Part shown: piece by piece, positions 25,882 to 38,554 of the stretch
Layout of the letters: every line of letters starts with the position of its first letter
How positions within the stretch are numbered: the first letter of the stretch is position 1
Assembly (NCBI GenBank): GCA_051453625.1
Contig: JBOZIK010000001.1
Span: forward strand, 28,322,032 to 28,386,031
Reading direction: 5' to 3'
From: Welwitschia mirabilis
Taxonomy: Eukaryota
Length of the DNA: 64,000 bases
Notes under the pieces: generated by a model
Told to the model about the DNA's origin: nothing
Databases searched by the model: none
What the model saw: only the letters and a program-made list of their open reading frames with translations
Made by a program: the position numbers and the translations under genes

Positions 25882-28800
25882 AAGAGTAAGTTTATGCTTA
25901 TGTTTTTCATTAAGGGTTTTATATGTTTATTAAAAGTTGAATTGTTATTAGGCTTATCAAACTAAGAGGTGATTTTTTGAGAAGGATTTTTCATTTTCTT
26001 TTTTCCAAGAGAAGGGAAGTTATAATATTCTTATATTTAAATGTCTTCTTCCTCTTCTTCTTCATCATTTCTAAAATCATTTTAGAAGGTGTAAGGTTTA
26101 TTTGAAAAAGGGTTTGTTTCTTGTCCACTTTATGTCACAGCCTTATAATTTTTTCTTAGTTTATTTGGGTTTGGTAAAGGTTGTATAGCTAATGTTCCTT
26201 GAGGTTTTTAATTTGTTAGTATTTTTTATTGAAATATGCTTACCATGTTTTCCATGTTGGCATTTGTTCCTTCTAAGTTCCTTTATAAGGTTTGTGAGTT
26301 GATCATTTGGATATTGAAAGTTTGATGATCCTAATTAAGAGTTTAAGTTTTTAAATTGGTTTCTAAAAGGTTGAGAATTATTTTGGAAATGACTATTCAA
26401 TCTTGGTTGTTCTTAGTTTTGATTTCTAAATTTTTGGGATCATTGGTTAAAAGCATAAACTTCTTCTTAAATTCTTTCTTTGTATGTTAGCAAAAGAGGA
26501 TAGTTTTTAGTAATATAATAATTATGTTCACATAAGTCATAAGTTTGCATAACATTTCTTTTGGTTGTGATTTTAGTATCTATAATTATTTTCGCATACT
26601 TCTCTAAGGTCGTTGTAAAATATTTCACAGAATTTAGGATTCTATTCTACCTATTTTTATTGTTTAACCTTTTTTAAGTCCTTGATAAGTTGGCCTACAT
26701 TTTAATTTTCTTTAGGTATTGACCAGGTTTGATTAACCTCTACAAGTTCTTCTAATTTTATTCAGGCATCTTCTAATGTAAGATTTATGAGATTTTCACT
26801 ATAAGAAAAATCTATAATTTATTTTGTATGGGGAGTTAATCCACTATAAAAATGATCTAGTTGTTTTATTCTTAAAAAGGCATCTACTAGATTAGAATGT
26901 ATTGCTATAGGAAAATGTTCATAAGTAGAGGCATAATCTTCATTTGGTTTTTGTTGTAAGTTTATTACTTCTTTTTTGCTTTTTCTTATAGTTTCTTCAC
27001 TTATGAATCTTTCTATAATAGTTTTTTGACTTGATTCAAAGTTTTTAAGTTTTTGTAAGATATAGTTTTTAACCAAAGTTTTGCTCTGTCCTTTAATGTC
27101 ATGGAAAAGATTATCATATATGTTTTATCAATTATTTTTTTCTTTTTGTTTCCTAAGGTGAGGATTAGTTATTCAATGTCTTCAATGTGTTGAAGGGGAT
27201 CCTTATCATCTTCTCTGCTAAAAGTTTGATAGGCATGTAAATTTTTAATCTTAACATCATCTCCTAAGGGTAGGTCAAAAGGTGTTTGAATTTCTCTTTT
27301 CTTATTCACTAATAATTCCCTCAGGGTAAGGTTTGCATTAGGGGTAGAAGATCCGATGACTTATTTTTACTTAAAGGAGGCACTCAACATTGTAAATTGA
27401 TTCTCTCCTTCTATGAGGTCTTTATTAAGAAAATCTAAATTAAAAAAATAGATTCGAAAGGAGGTTTGAGTGCATATGAAGATTACTTGTTTGATTTATT
27501 TTATATACCTACCAGTCCTTCTTTGATGTCCTTTTCTATTAGCATCTTTTCTCTTAGATATCTCTTCTCTATGTTAATCATATCACATCATCTTGTAAAT
27601 AGTAAATAATAGAAAACAAGATCAAAAAATAACAAACTATCATCCTGTCTATTATGGGAATGATAGAAGGGATGACAGACACAGACCTAGAAAAAAACAG
27701 AAACAGAACTAAAATAAAAAATAGAAAGCGGAAAACATAAAAAACAGGTCTATTATTCACTTGGTCATCTAGATGTCATAGGAGATGAAAGAAATAATTT
27801 ATTTGTAAAAAGATCAAAATATAAAAATGAAACTAAGAACAAAAAGCACATGCTGTCATCCTTCCTGTCGTGGGGATGATAGTGGAAATGACCACAAATT
27901 TTTTATAGAAAACTGAAACTAAAAAAAATTGAAACTGAAAAATGGCACATAGAAAACCTATAATTCCTAATAAAATATGCTGCCACTATAGATAAATAAC
28001 TGAATAGAGGTCTGATATACTCATCTAAATGATAACAACCTTTATACTCCCCAATATCCTTCTCTAGTAATGACGCTACTTTATTGCAGTGTGCCTATCA
28101 TTTACCACCAAAATAGATATCTTACATAATACATCACACTAGTATGAGTGGGAGTAAATCCAAAATGTCATATTCACATTGAAGTCTATGAGTATGAGAC
28201 TTAGGTTGCTTTGCAAATGAATTAGGTACCAAAAATGGATAATAANNNNNNNNNNNNNNNNNNNNNNNNNNNNNNNNNNNNNNNNNNNNNNNNNNNNNNN
28301 NNNNNNNNNNNNNNNNNNNNNNNNNNNNNNNNNNNNNNNNNNNNNTTGAATATTAAAAGTTTTATGGTCCTATTTGAGAGTTTAAGTTTTTCAAATAGTT
28401 TCTAAAAGGTTGAGAATTATTTTGGAAATGAGTGTTTAACCTAGGTTGTGCTTGGTTTTGAGTTTTTAAGTTTTGAGATGGGTGGTTAAAAGCACAAAAT
28501 TCATCACATATTCTTTCTTTGTATATTGCAAAAGAGGATAGTTTTTGGTAACATTATAATTATCATCACATAAATCACAAGTTTGCACAACATTTTTTTC
28601 AGTTCTAGATTTGGCATCTAAGATCATTTTTATATACTTCTTTAAGATTCTTGTAAAATCTCTCATGTAATTTGCAGGATTAGATTTTACCTTTTTTTAT
28701 TTTTTAATCTCTTTTAAGTTTTTGATAAGTTAGCCTATAGTTGGATTTTCTTTAGGAGTTGACCAATTTTAAATAACTTCCACAAGTTCTTTTAATTTTA

Positions 28801-30084
28801 TCCAGGAATCATCTAATATAAGGTTTATGAGGTTTTCTCTATAGGAAAAATCTAAAACATGGAATTATCCTACTATAAAAGTAGTCTATTAATTTTGTTA
28901 ATGAAAAAGCATTTACTGGATTAGAATGGTAGGCTACAAAGAAACGCTCATATCTAGAGGCATAGTTTTCATTTGGTTTTTGTTGAAAGTTTGTTATCTC
29001 CTTTTCTATTTTATTTATGGTTTATTCACTTATAAATATTTTTATAAAGGTATTTTGGACTTGATCCCATGTTTTTAAGCTTTTGTAAGGTATAGTTTTA
29101 GCAAATGTTTTACTCTACCCTTTAATGTCATCTTAAATATTATCATATATGTTCTATCAATTATTTTTTTCTTCCCATTTCATGATGTGAGGATTAATTA
29201 TTCTATGTCTACTATGTGTTGAAGGTGATCCTCATCATCTTCTCCACTAAAAGCTAAATAGGCACTTAAATTTTTAAGCTCGATGTCATCTCTTAGGGGT
29301 AAATCAAAAGGGGTTATAATCCATCATTTCTTATGGGCTAATAATTCTCTAATGATGAGGTTTGCATTATGGGTAGAAGATCCTATGACTTGTTTTTGCT
29401 TATGAGATGTACTTAACATTGTGAATTAGTTTTCTTCTTCTATAGGGTTTTCATTAAGGAAATTTAACTCAAAAAAGATAAATTTAGAAGAAGGATTGAG
29501 TGCACCTGGAGATTTCTTTTCTGATTCATTTTCTATGTTCACCACTCCTTCTTTAATGTTTTGCTCTATCAATAGCCTTTCTCTTTGATATCTTTTCTGA
29601 AGATTGACTATATTACATCATCTTGTAAATAGCAAACAATACAAAAAAAGATCAAAAACAAAATACCATTGTCTTGTCTGTCATGGGGACAATAGAAGGA
29701 AAGATACACATAGAAACCAAAAAAATAGAAACAGCATAGAAACTGAAATAGAAAAACGAAAACTTAAAAAATAGGATTGTCATACATTTGGTCGTACAGA
29801 TGGCACATGAGATGATAGAGACTAATTTATTATAGAAAAATTTGAAATACAAAATAAAACTAAGAATAAAAATTATATATGGTCGTCTTGTCTATCGTGA
29901 GGATGATAGAAGGAACGACCAATATTTTTCTACAGAAACTAAAACTAAAAATCCGAAACTGAAAAACTGCACATAGAAAACCTATAGTTCCTAATAAACT
30001 ATAATGTTGTTACAAATAAATAACTAAATGGAGGTTCAATGTACTCATCCAAATGATGACAACCCTTAAAATCTTCAATAGCCT

Positions 30085-30102
30085 TCCTCGGCAATGGCAT
30101 CA
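30085..30102 (-). promoter_or_regulatory. Primer-binding site, tRNA-Asp type (element B)
   Basis: Minus strand TGATGCCATTGCCGAGGA, 3 nt inside the LTR; differs from Athila TGGCGCCGTTGCCGGGGA only by transitions. Confidence 0.85.
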
Positions 30103-31515
30103 ATTTGTTGCTGTGTGTATTTGTGTAAGTGCTTAAGTTAAAAGGATTCTATTATTCATAAAATAATAGATATCTCACATAATATGACACACTAGTATAA
30201 GTGGGAGTAGACCTGAAATGTTATATTAACATTAAAGACTATGAGACAAGACTCGGATTACTTTGCGAAATAATAATAGAAACAAAAAAAAATGAATAAT
30301 ATAAGAAATAAAGTGTAATGCAAATGCAAGATGTAACCTAATCTAACATGCAATGTAAAAATGGAACTAACACTTCTTACTTTTAACCTTAATAAAGTCT
30401 GCCCTTGATAATATATATCACCTAAGAAATTATCACTAAATTAAGGGAAATATAAAATATAAATATTATTAGCAAATCTATAATGCAAACATGAAGAAAA
30501 ATAAGGTTTTCTATTAAGCAAAGTAACAACATCTAGGGTATAAAATAGTCGAGATTCATTAGAGAATACATAGCCCTCCACTAAAGAAATGTCTTTCTAT
30601 AGCATTCAAGATGGATATCTCATCCTTCGATTTATTATCATGAGAATTTTTGGTGCAATAAAGATGAGAAGGAGAGTCGAAGAAGGACTTATTTATAATA
30701 ACTCACAATAGAAAAAGAAAAATAGAATGCATGACTAGATGCACTCTTTTACATAAATGAAATAGACAAAATGATCAAGACTCACTATTAGAGTCACTCA
30801 CATATTAGTGTCAGCTTTACTATCATCCAGATGACATAGGGAATAATAGGTTATTACAAAAGGTAACTTAGCATGATGACTCAGCAGTGATATATCAATC
30901 CTTGTCAGTATCTAACAGTGTCATCTTCCTACTTATTATGGGAACAATGGTCTTCTTGATCATGTTTTTAAAGAGAAACTTAGTATTTTTATTAATAATT
31001 CTCCTCTAAAAATCTGTGCATCATATTGTGCCTTAAATACATCAAATCCAGATAAAAATTGCACATTTTTAATCTTCTATTGAATCTCCAAGATCCTCAA
31101 AATCACACTTAAACCTATGTAAAATTCCTGTAAAATAACTTATAAAATTCCATTAAATAACCACAAATTGATAGTTAAATAATCATCATTTATCTTACAT
31201 TGCATTTGCATTATTTCTTAATTTATTTATTTAAAATAAAAAAGACTAAAAATACTTTGTTGAAATCAATTATTTAACTTCTAGCCTTAGTGCCTTTAAT
31301 AGATTATGACATTTAAGTTAGCTCCTATCTATAGTAGTGTGTGTTTTTCTACAAGTATTATGATTTATAAGTTTTACCTGAGGATTTAAAGATTGCACAA
31401 ATTTACACCACAATTGCATGTACTCCTCATGCCTAGCCCTATAAGTTGGTAAATATAAATATTTCTAGTTTTTACCTAGTTCATGGCTTTTGATGTGATG
31501 GTAAAGGGCCCAATA

Positions 31516-33449
31516 CTTTTAACCATCTGATTAAGTCTCATTTGCAACTAGGATCTCTTCGTGGGCTATTCCTTTCTCATCACTCTAGTTAGTTTTGTAA
31601 TTTTTACTTTTACAATGACTCTTTCTTTCTAATTCATAATACTCCATTAGATGTTACTTCTTTGCTTTACTACCTAAATATTTACTACTAGGCTTTTTGT
31701 TCTTATATTAATTGAGAAAAGTTTGCATATTTTTTTTCTATATCACTCTCTAATTATCAAACTTATTTGAATTGCCTTATCTAGCCAAGTGAGTTTTTAA
31801 TCTTCTTCATATGCCATTTGGTTTTTCAAGTCTCTCTTTTTTAGCTTTGGTTCTAGGGTGTAGAAAATATTCAATATAAGATTCAAAAATGGCTCTTCAG
31901 ATATATTTTCCTCATCTAGAAAAATTATTATTTGTGATTGAATCCTTGAAACCACTCATGTTTTCTAGTATGTTTATCTTTCTCCCTATAATTCTTCTTA
32001 TAATAAACTTATTGGGATTTTAAGGAACTTTCTTTAGAACTTTAAAATTCTAAACATAGATGATTTATTAGATTTTCTTGTGATGTTTCTACTTATCCAA
32101 AAAATCTTAGAGGATTAGGTATGAAAAATATTTTTCATTAAGTTAAAGTTATTAAAGCTCATTTTCTTGTTAAAGNNNNNNNNNNNNNNNNNNNNNNNNN
32201 NNNNNNNNNNNNNNNNNNNNNNNNNNNNNNNNNNNNNNNNNNNNNNNNNNNNNNNNNNNNNNNNNNNNNNNNNNNTAAAGCAAGGGATGGGGATGTGTAT
32301 GATAAGGTTCGTATTAGGAACTTCATTCAATATAATATTCCTCTTAATAAGATATCTTAGTTATCCTTCTCTCATTATCAGACTTTTCTCTTACCTATCC
32401 ACATAAAATTATAGTGTCCATTCTTCTTAAAGCACTTTGAAACTCTTGACTCTTTATTAAAAGTCTACTTTAAGATCCTAGTATTCTTGTTCACTAGAGT
32501 ACCTTCCTTTTACAGTCCCTTTAACTTAGTGATTCATAAGATAGTCTCATAGAGAAATATGTCTCTACTACCCTTTCTTTATGTCGTAAAGGAATCATGA
32601 AGATTAAAGATGTTTAATATCATCATTTTAGTTTTTGGCTCACTTAGACTCAAGCAAAGTAAAGGTTTCATCTCTCTAATAATAAGAGAATTACCTACTA
32701 CATTTTTTAGTTATGGTTTACTTTTGTTCATATTTATTTAACTGCTTAAAGTGCTTCTATCACTTTATAGTTGTGAGTATGATTTCTCAAAAATGTTTTT
32801 TAACCAAAAATAAAATTTCATGAAGAAATTATGATATGATTATACTTCAATTTTTTAGTGTCTAAATAAAATTATAGGTACTCAACTCTAAGAGGAATCT
32901 TAATATAATTTGTTTTTGTATAGTTGATAGCTTCTTTCTCCTCTTAAAATTTAAATTATTAATTGGTCCCTTTTTAAAATAGGCTTTCTCTTGGAATTCA
33001 GCTTCTTTATTTTTTAGGTTTTAAGCTCAGTTGTTCATATTATGATAACAAAAAATTCTTTGAATGCATCTTTTAGTCTTGTTATATATCTTCTTCTACT
33101 TGGATATGGCTAGTTACTCTTTGAGATAGAATTAAGTTTGGAAGATCTCTTCTCTCCTTAGATTTGGGAAAACTAGTAATCCTCTATAATGGTGGAAAAG
33201 TATTTATAGTATAGGATCTTATTTGAACTATGGAATATTCAGAATAAAGACATCTTTAATAATAAATTCTTAAGTTCTTTTCCTTTCTCTTCCAAATATT
33301 CTATTAGTTAGATATTAAGCTTTAAATTTTGTATGACTCCCTTGCTTTTTCTTTTGAGTTCTTTATTTGAATCTCTTTTCTAATTTGGAACCCACATTGA
33401 ATATGTTTATAATATCTTTTTTAATTATTTAAAATTTTAAAAAGCCTTT
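31516..33449 (+). mobile_element. Continuation (RT C-terminal part and 3' region) of the LINE begun at ~10.6 kb; poly-A tail at 44399-44419 beyond the copia
   Basis: Reading resumes NHLIKSHLQLGSLRG after DAF at 13741; decayed FADD-like region ~31610; after the copia the sequence reads cattcaaaaagtaaaaaaaaa. Confidence 0.7.
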
Positions 33450-34969
33450 TGATAGATAAGGATCGATCCTAGAGGGGGATGAATAGGACTTTTAAATTTT
33501 TGTCTCCTTATTCTTCATGACCTATAAAAATAATAAGTATAGAGTAATACTAAAACAAGGTGTTTAATGGTGGATAGACACCACCCTTCAGCTTTGTAGA
33601 TCCCTTGTTCTAGCTATCATATATTCACTCTTAAGAATGGTTTTCAGGCTCACCAAGTAACCTTTCACAACCAATGAGGATTTTATGACTTATCCTTAAT
33701 TACGCATAAATGAAAGAGAGAAGGATGCACTACTACATAGATGTGATCTCTATGGTTCATCAATCTTATTTCAAGAAAATGCTATGAGGCAAGTACAAAA
33801 GAAATCTAAATCTTTTTGGATGTTTAGATGCACTAGTAAAAGGTATATTATTGCTTGTTTAATCTTTGATTTGATAAGAATAGTATCATTATCCTCTAGT
33901 GTTTAGAGGAAAGCTTTTATACTTGAGATGTATCATATGACCGTTTCCTCAAAGGGAAATGAACCATTACGATTTTTTGAAGAACCTTATGCTTTTGCTA
34001 ATGAACTGTTGTGTTAATAATGGTTATATTTTTTCATCGTATAATTGACCTTTCATTATATTCAGTCAACCACAAATGTAGTCGCCCTTATTCTAATGTT
34101 TGATTAACCTTGCTTATCACAGATTTTCTCAGTATAGGATATGGTTCAAATTCAGTAGCCCTTGTGCAAATACTTGGTCCCTTAACATTACTACCTGATT
34201 GACCTTATGAAAGAAGATTCCTAATTGAACTTGGTCATCTGATATCATTTTATGTAGTTGGCTAGATATCACCTGGTTCATGTTCTACTGATTATCGTGT
34301 GATCACCTATATAGTGAATGTCGATCACCTATACTGTTATCAGAAAGATTCTTACTTCGTGTCATGCAGTCATTTGTATGAATATCTAAGGTTACCCATA
34401 TTTCTATCAAGTTTGATTTCACTGCATGCATTTTAGTTGCCTGTATGAATATATTCAGTCACCTATCAGTCTATCAAATTATATCAGGTTGAGTGAAATG
34501 TGGTCGCCCGTGTTAGGATGGTGGTCATCCATGTATTAATCAGTCTTCTTTATGTTCTTAATGTTTGGTCGTCTGGTAAGTCATGTGCAGTCGCCCACTT
34601 CTGAAGTAGTATTACAGTTCTTGAAGATGCGGTTACCTGATCTTATAAATTGGTCGTCTAGTACTGGAAATTAGCTGTATAAAAGACTAACTTATAAAAA
34701 CTTGTTAAATTAATTAATGACAATGGATTCTCAACAACTTCTTCTTTGTCAGTGATTAAGGAAAAATAATAATGTGACATTTGGGTTCTCCCCCTAATTC
34801 ATTTAACTTTGAACACAATTAAATTTAAATGAGTTTTGTATATAAAAAATCATAAGAAAAATTAGAAGTAATTTGCACAAAGATAAGTTTCTTTGTATTA
34901 CTCAAAAATTATCATTACATGTGAAAGTTATAAATTAACCCATTTGCAATACAAAGAAGAGACAAAGAT

Positions 34970-35147
34970 GTTATAAATTTTACTCTCCCTTTTTGATGAA
35001 ATCAAGGATGGGGAGGATACAAAAAGACTGGATGATATAAAAAGACATAAAAGACTCAGTTATAAATTTTACTCTCCCTTTTTGATGAAATCAAGGATGG
35101 GAAGGATACAAAAAGACTGGATGATACAAAAAGACATAAAAGACTCA
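34970..35147. repeat. 89-bp tandem duplication containing PPT-like tract (AAAAAGGGAGAG on minus strand)
   Basis: Units 34970-35058 and 35059-35147 differ at 2 positions. Confidence 0.95.
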
Positions 35148-35171
35148 GTTGAACTCTAAAGATTCAGAAGA

Positions 35172-36145
35172 CTAAGTACCTTCATATTGAGATGTATTAG
35201 CAACTAGAGTTTCACTAGCAATTATGGCCTCCTTGATGTGACAATTCTGTGAGTCAATCTGATGAATAAGATGGAGAATTTCTAAGGTCTGAGAGGCCTT
35301 AAACTTAGACCTATAAGGACCAATAGGTTCCTTAAAAATGTGCATCCTTGAAAGCGTGCCATGATCTATAGGCCCCATGGGCTTCTGAATCTCCTGTGTG
35401 GCGAGATGAGGAATGTCAAAATAATGATAAATCTGAGTGATGAGAAAAGGATAAGGTAGGGCATGCCGCTTGTGTGACTAAAGCTGGTTTACCATATGCT
35501 TGAGCATGATTGTAGGGGCATCCAAATCTCTTCACTAGTCCAATGCATACATGAGATGGATCTAATAATTTGAAAGCTCATCTTTGTGCCTGGTAACTAC
35601 GAGGAAGTTGCATGACATGATTAGGTATAGAAGACAAAATTTTGGAAGAATTTGAAAAGCTTTGAGAGTCTTTTTCCATGTAATGTATGTGGCACACACA
35701 TGGTGAGTGGCTGTGTACTTCTCTTCAAAAGACTCAGCCATGGACCAGTATTCTCCCCAGTTCCCTCTTAGAAAGCTAGTGAGAGATGTGATAATATCTA
35801 AAGTGATATGTATTTCTTCATCAAAAACAAAGGTAATGAATGTAGATTGGGCTACATCATACCTGGCATTGGAGTAGAATAACCTGGTAACCAAAGGGTA
35901 GCATGTACCAGAAACATGAATGAAATAACCTTAGTTTACTTCTTCTAATAAAGTCTAGACTTCCTGAGGCTGAGAAATTATATGAGTTCACAAGTCCTTT
36001 CTAATGCAATGGGGCTTATCTCAAAATGTTTCTCATAGTACCTTAGCTATTCTGTGCTCATCCTAGAAAAGACGTAACTAGGTGGTTTAATTGCAGCTTC
36101 CTTTCTTCTCTTTCTAGATCCCTTTCCTAGCTAAGATAAAGTCAT
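35172..36145 (-). pseudogene. Sirevirus env-like/extra ORF, decayed; second partial copy at 37752-38039
   Basis: YPLVTRLFYSN ... LLYLIMSCNFL ... TIMLKHM ... ALPYPFLITQIY, lying between RNase H and PPT; homologous to 63220-64000. Confidence 0.8.
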
Positions 36146-36759
36146 TTAAATCCCTAATAAAAAGCANNNNNNNNNNNNNNNNNNNNNNNNNNNNNNNNNN
36201 NNNNNNNNNNNNNNAAAAGAATAAGATAAGAGAAAAGGAGGGACGGATTTAAAAATCCGCGATGCACCACCTTAAACGTGGGCAACCAATTAGAAGGTCA
36301 GTCAACCTTTGTAAATTTTTAAAAACCTAATTGTAAGGCAATGGTTGACCCAAATAATTTGGCGATCAACCCTGCAAGAAGAAAATGTTACAGTCAAAAA
36401 CTAAATAAAACTCGGTCGACCTAAGAGAAATGAGAGGTCGACCTGATGTTACTGGAAAAATCATTAGAATGAGGTCAACCAAATTTTATTATTCAGTCGA
36501 ATCAGTTTCAACAAGATTTTATAGAAAAAATTGGGACTAATTCTGTCAACCCAACTTAACATGTGATCACCCAGTGAAAGGAAAATTTAACAATGAAGAA
36601 ATCTGAGAGAAAATCGGTTACCCTACTTGAAAAATACGTCAACAGAGGTTTAAATATATATGATTTGAAAAGATTTGAAATCCCCCACTAAATTTAATTA
36701 TTTAGATGAGTTTGAGTGAGGTAAGTCCTTTTTGGACTTGACACACAAAAAATACCAAA

Positions 36760-37651
36760 GGGTTGAAAAATGATCTGAAGATAGAGACTTTTTAAAAATA
36801 TCAGCCAATTGATCTTATATGCATAGATATTCTAAAGATATGATTTTCTTTTCTACTAATTCATGAATAAAATGATACCTGATATCGGTGTGTTTGATTC
36901 GAGTGTATTAGACTAGACTGTGAGCTATTTGAATAGCACTTGAGTTGTCAAAAAGGATTTGTACTTCTAAGATGTTCAACCCATAGTCCTTCAAGGTCTC
37001 TTTCATCCATAAGTTCTGAGTGCAACAAGCTCTAACAGCTATGTATTCAGCTTCAGCAGTAGAGAGGGATGTAGAGCATTGTTTTTTACTATACCAAGCT
37101 ATGAGACAATTTCTAAAGAAGAAACATCCATCACTTTTACTTTTGTAATCATCTTTACATTCAGCCCAATCCACATTGCTATATCCTATTAAACTTAAAG
37201 TAGTATCATTTAAAAACCATAAACCAAAATCTAGAGTACCTTTCACATAGTGTAGTATTTTCTTTGTAGCTATAAGATGTGATTCCTTAGGTTTTCTTTG
37301 ATACCTGACACACAAATCAATACTAAAGGCTATATCTGGGTGACTAGCCATTATATATAATAGACTTCCAATAATACTATGACATACATTTTGATCCACA
37401 TCCTTGCCATATTCATCTAAAAAAGTTTAACATTTGTGATCATTAGAGAGTCCATATACTTTGCATTTTCGAGTTTGAATTTTTTAATCAAATTTAAACA
37501 ATATTTTTTTTAATTGATAAAGATTCCCTATTTGCATTGTTGAATTTTTAAACCCAAAAACATATTTACGGGACCAACCATGCTTATTTCAAATTCAAAA
37601 CTCATGAGTTTGACAAAATTATTTGACAAGTTTTTATTTGTTGATCCAAAA
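36760..37651 (-). pseudogene. Duplicate copia RT-C/RNase H segment
   Basis: ORF 36908-37399 (SIIGSLLY ... SLSTAEAEYIA) parallels ORF 38874-39287. Confidence 0.9.
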
Positions 37652-38554
37652 NNNNNNNNNNNNNNNNNNNNNNNNNNNNNNNNNNNNNNNNNNNNNNNNN
37701 NNNNNNNNNNNNNNNNNNNNNNNNNNNNNNNNNNNNNNNNNNNNNNNNNNNATATCTGACATTCGAGTAGAATAACATAGTAACTAAGGGGTAGCATATG
37801 CCAAAAACATGAAGGAAATAACCCTAGTTTACTTCTTCTAACAGAGTCTGCACTTCCCTGAGGCTGAGAAATTGCATGGGTTCACAAGTTCTCTCTAATG
37901 CAATGGGGCTTGTCTCAAAATGCTTCTCATAGTGACTCAGCTGTTTCGTGCTCATCCTGGAAAACACATAACGGGGTGGTTTGACTACAGCTTCCTTTCT
38001 TCTCTTCTTAGATCCCTCTCCTGGCTGAGAAGAAGCCATTTAAATCCCAGATATGAGAAAAAGCACATGAAAAAAGTGGAAGAGAGTCCCATAGAATCTC
38101 AGAAAATGACAGAAAGTGGTGCCAAAAGAATAAGACAAGAGAAACGGATGAGGGGGAGGGCAGGGAACCGGGAGGGGCGGGGGGGAGAGGGGGGGGGTGT
38201 GTGGAAGGGAATTGGCTGGATTTAAAAATCCACAATGCACCAGCTTAAATGTGGGCAACCGATTGGAAGATCGGTTGACCCATAAAAAATTTTAAAAACC
38301 TAATCGTAAGGTAGTCAACCCAAAGAATTTTGTAGTCGACCCTGCGAGAAGAAAATATTACAGTCAAAATCCGAATAAAACTCAGTCAACCTATAAGAAA
38401 TGAGAGAACAGCAGTCACCCTAAGGGTAAAAGAGGTCGACCGAGGTTCAAATATATATGAAAAGTAAAGATTTAAACCCCCTCATTAAAACTTATTATTC
38501 AGATGAGGTTAGGTGAGCCAAGTCCTTTTCGGACTTGATACCCAGAAAATAATG

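Larger units (their letters stand above)
21782..31181 (-). mobile_element. Athila-type LTR element B (gag and protease only), with an internal second gag/5'UTR/LTR segment
   Basis: LTRs 21782-22868 and 30106-31181; perfect TSD ATCAT (21777-81, 31182-86); PBS 30085-30102; PPT next to 22869; gag ORFs 26819-27076 and 28466-28666; protease FLDIRASANIM in ORF 25504-25881; no RT/RH/INT between protease and 3' LTR. Confidence 0.9.
14176..31415 (+). mobile_element. Athila-type LTR element A, non-autonomous; 3' LTR interrupted by element B
   Basis: 5' LTR 14176-15391 (TG...CA), then decayed tRNA-Asp PBS (ttttgacactactatcagtaaagg vs TGGCGCCGTTGCCGGGGA). PPT aagtggtggcta before the 3' LTR (20823-21781 plus 31187-~31415). 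TSD atatg/gcatg. No RT/RH/INT motifs in the sequenced interior (698-N gap at 19460-20157). Confidence 0.85.

Noticed and set aside
37920-38258. Gly/Pro-rich short ORFs (also 22956-23147)
   Set aside because: By-products of G/C-run tracts within TE non-coding regions.
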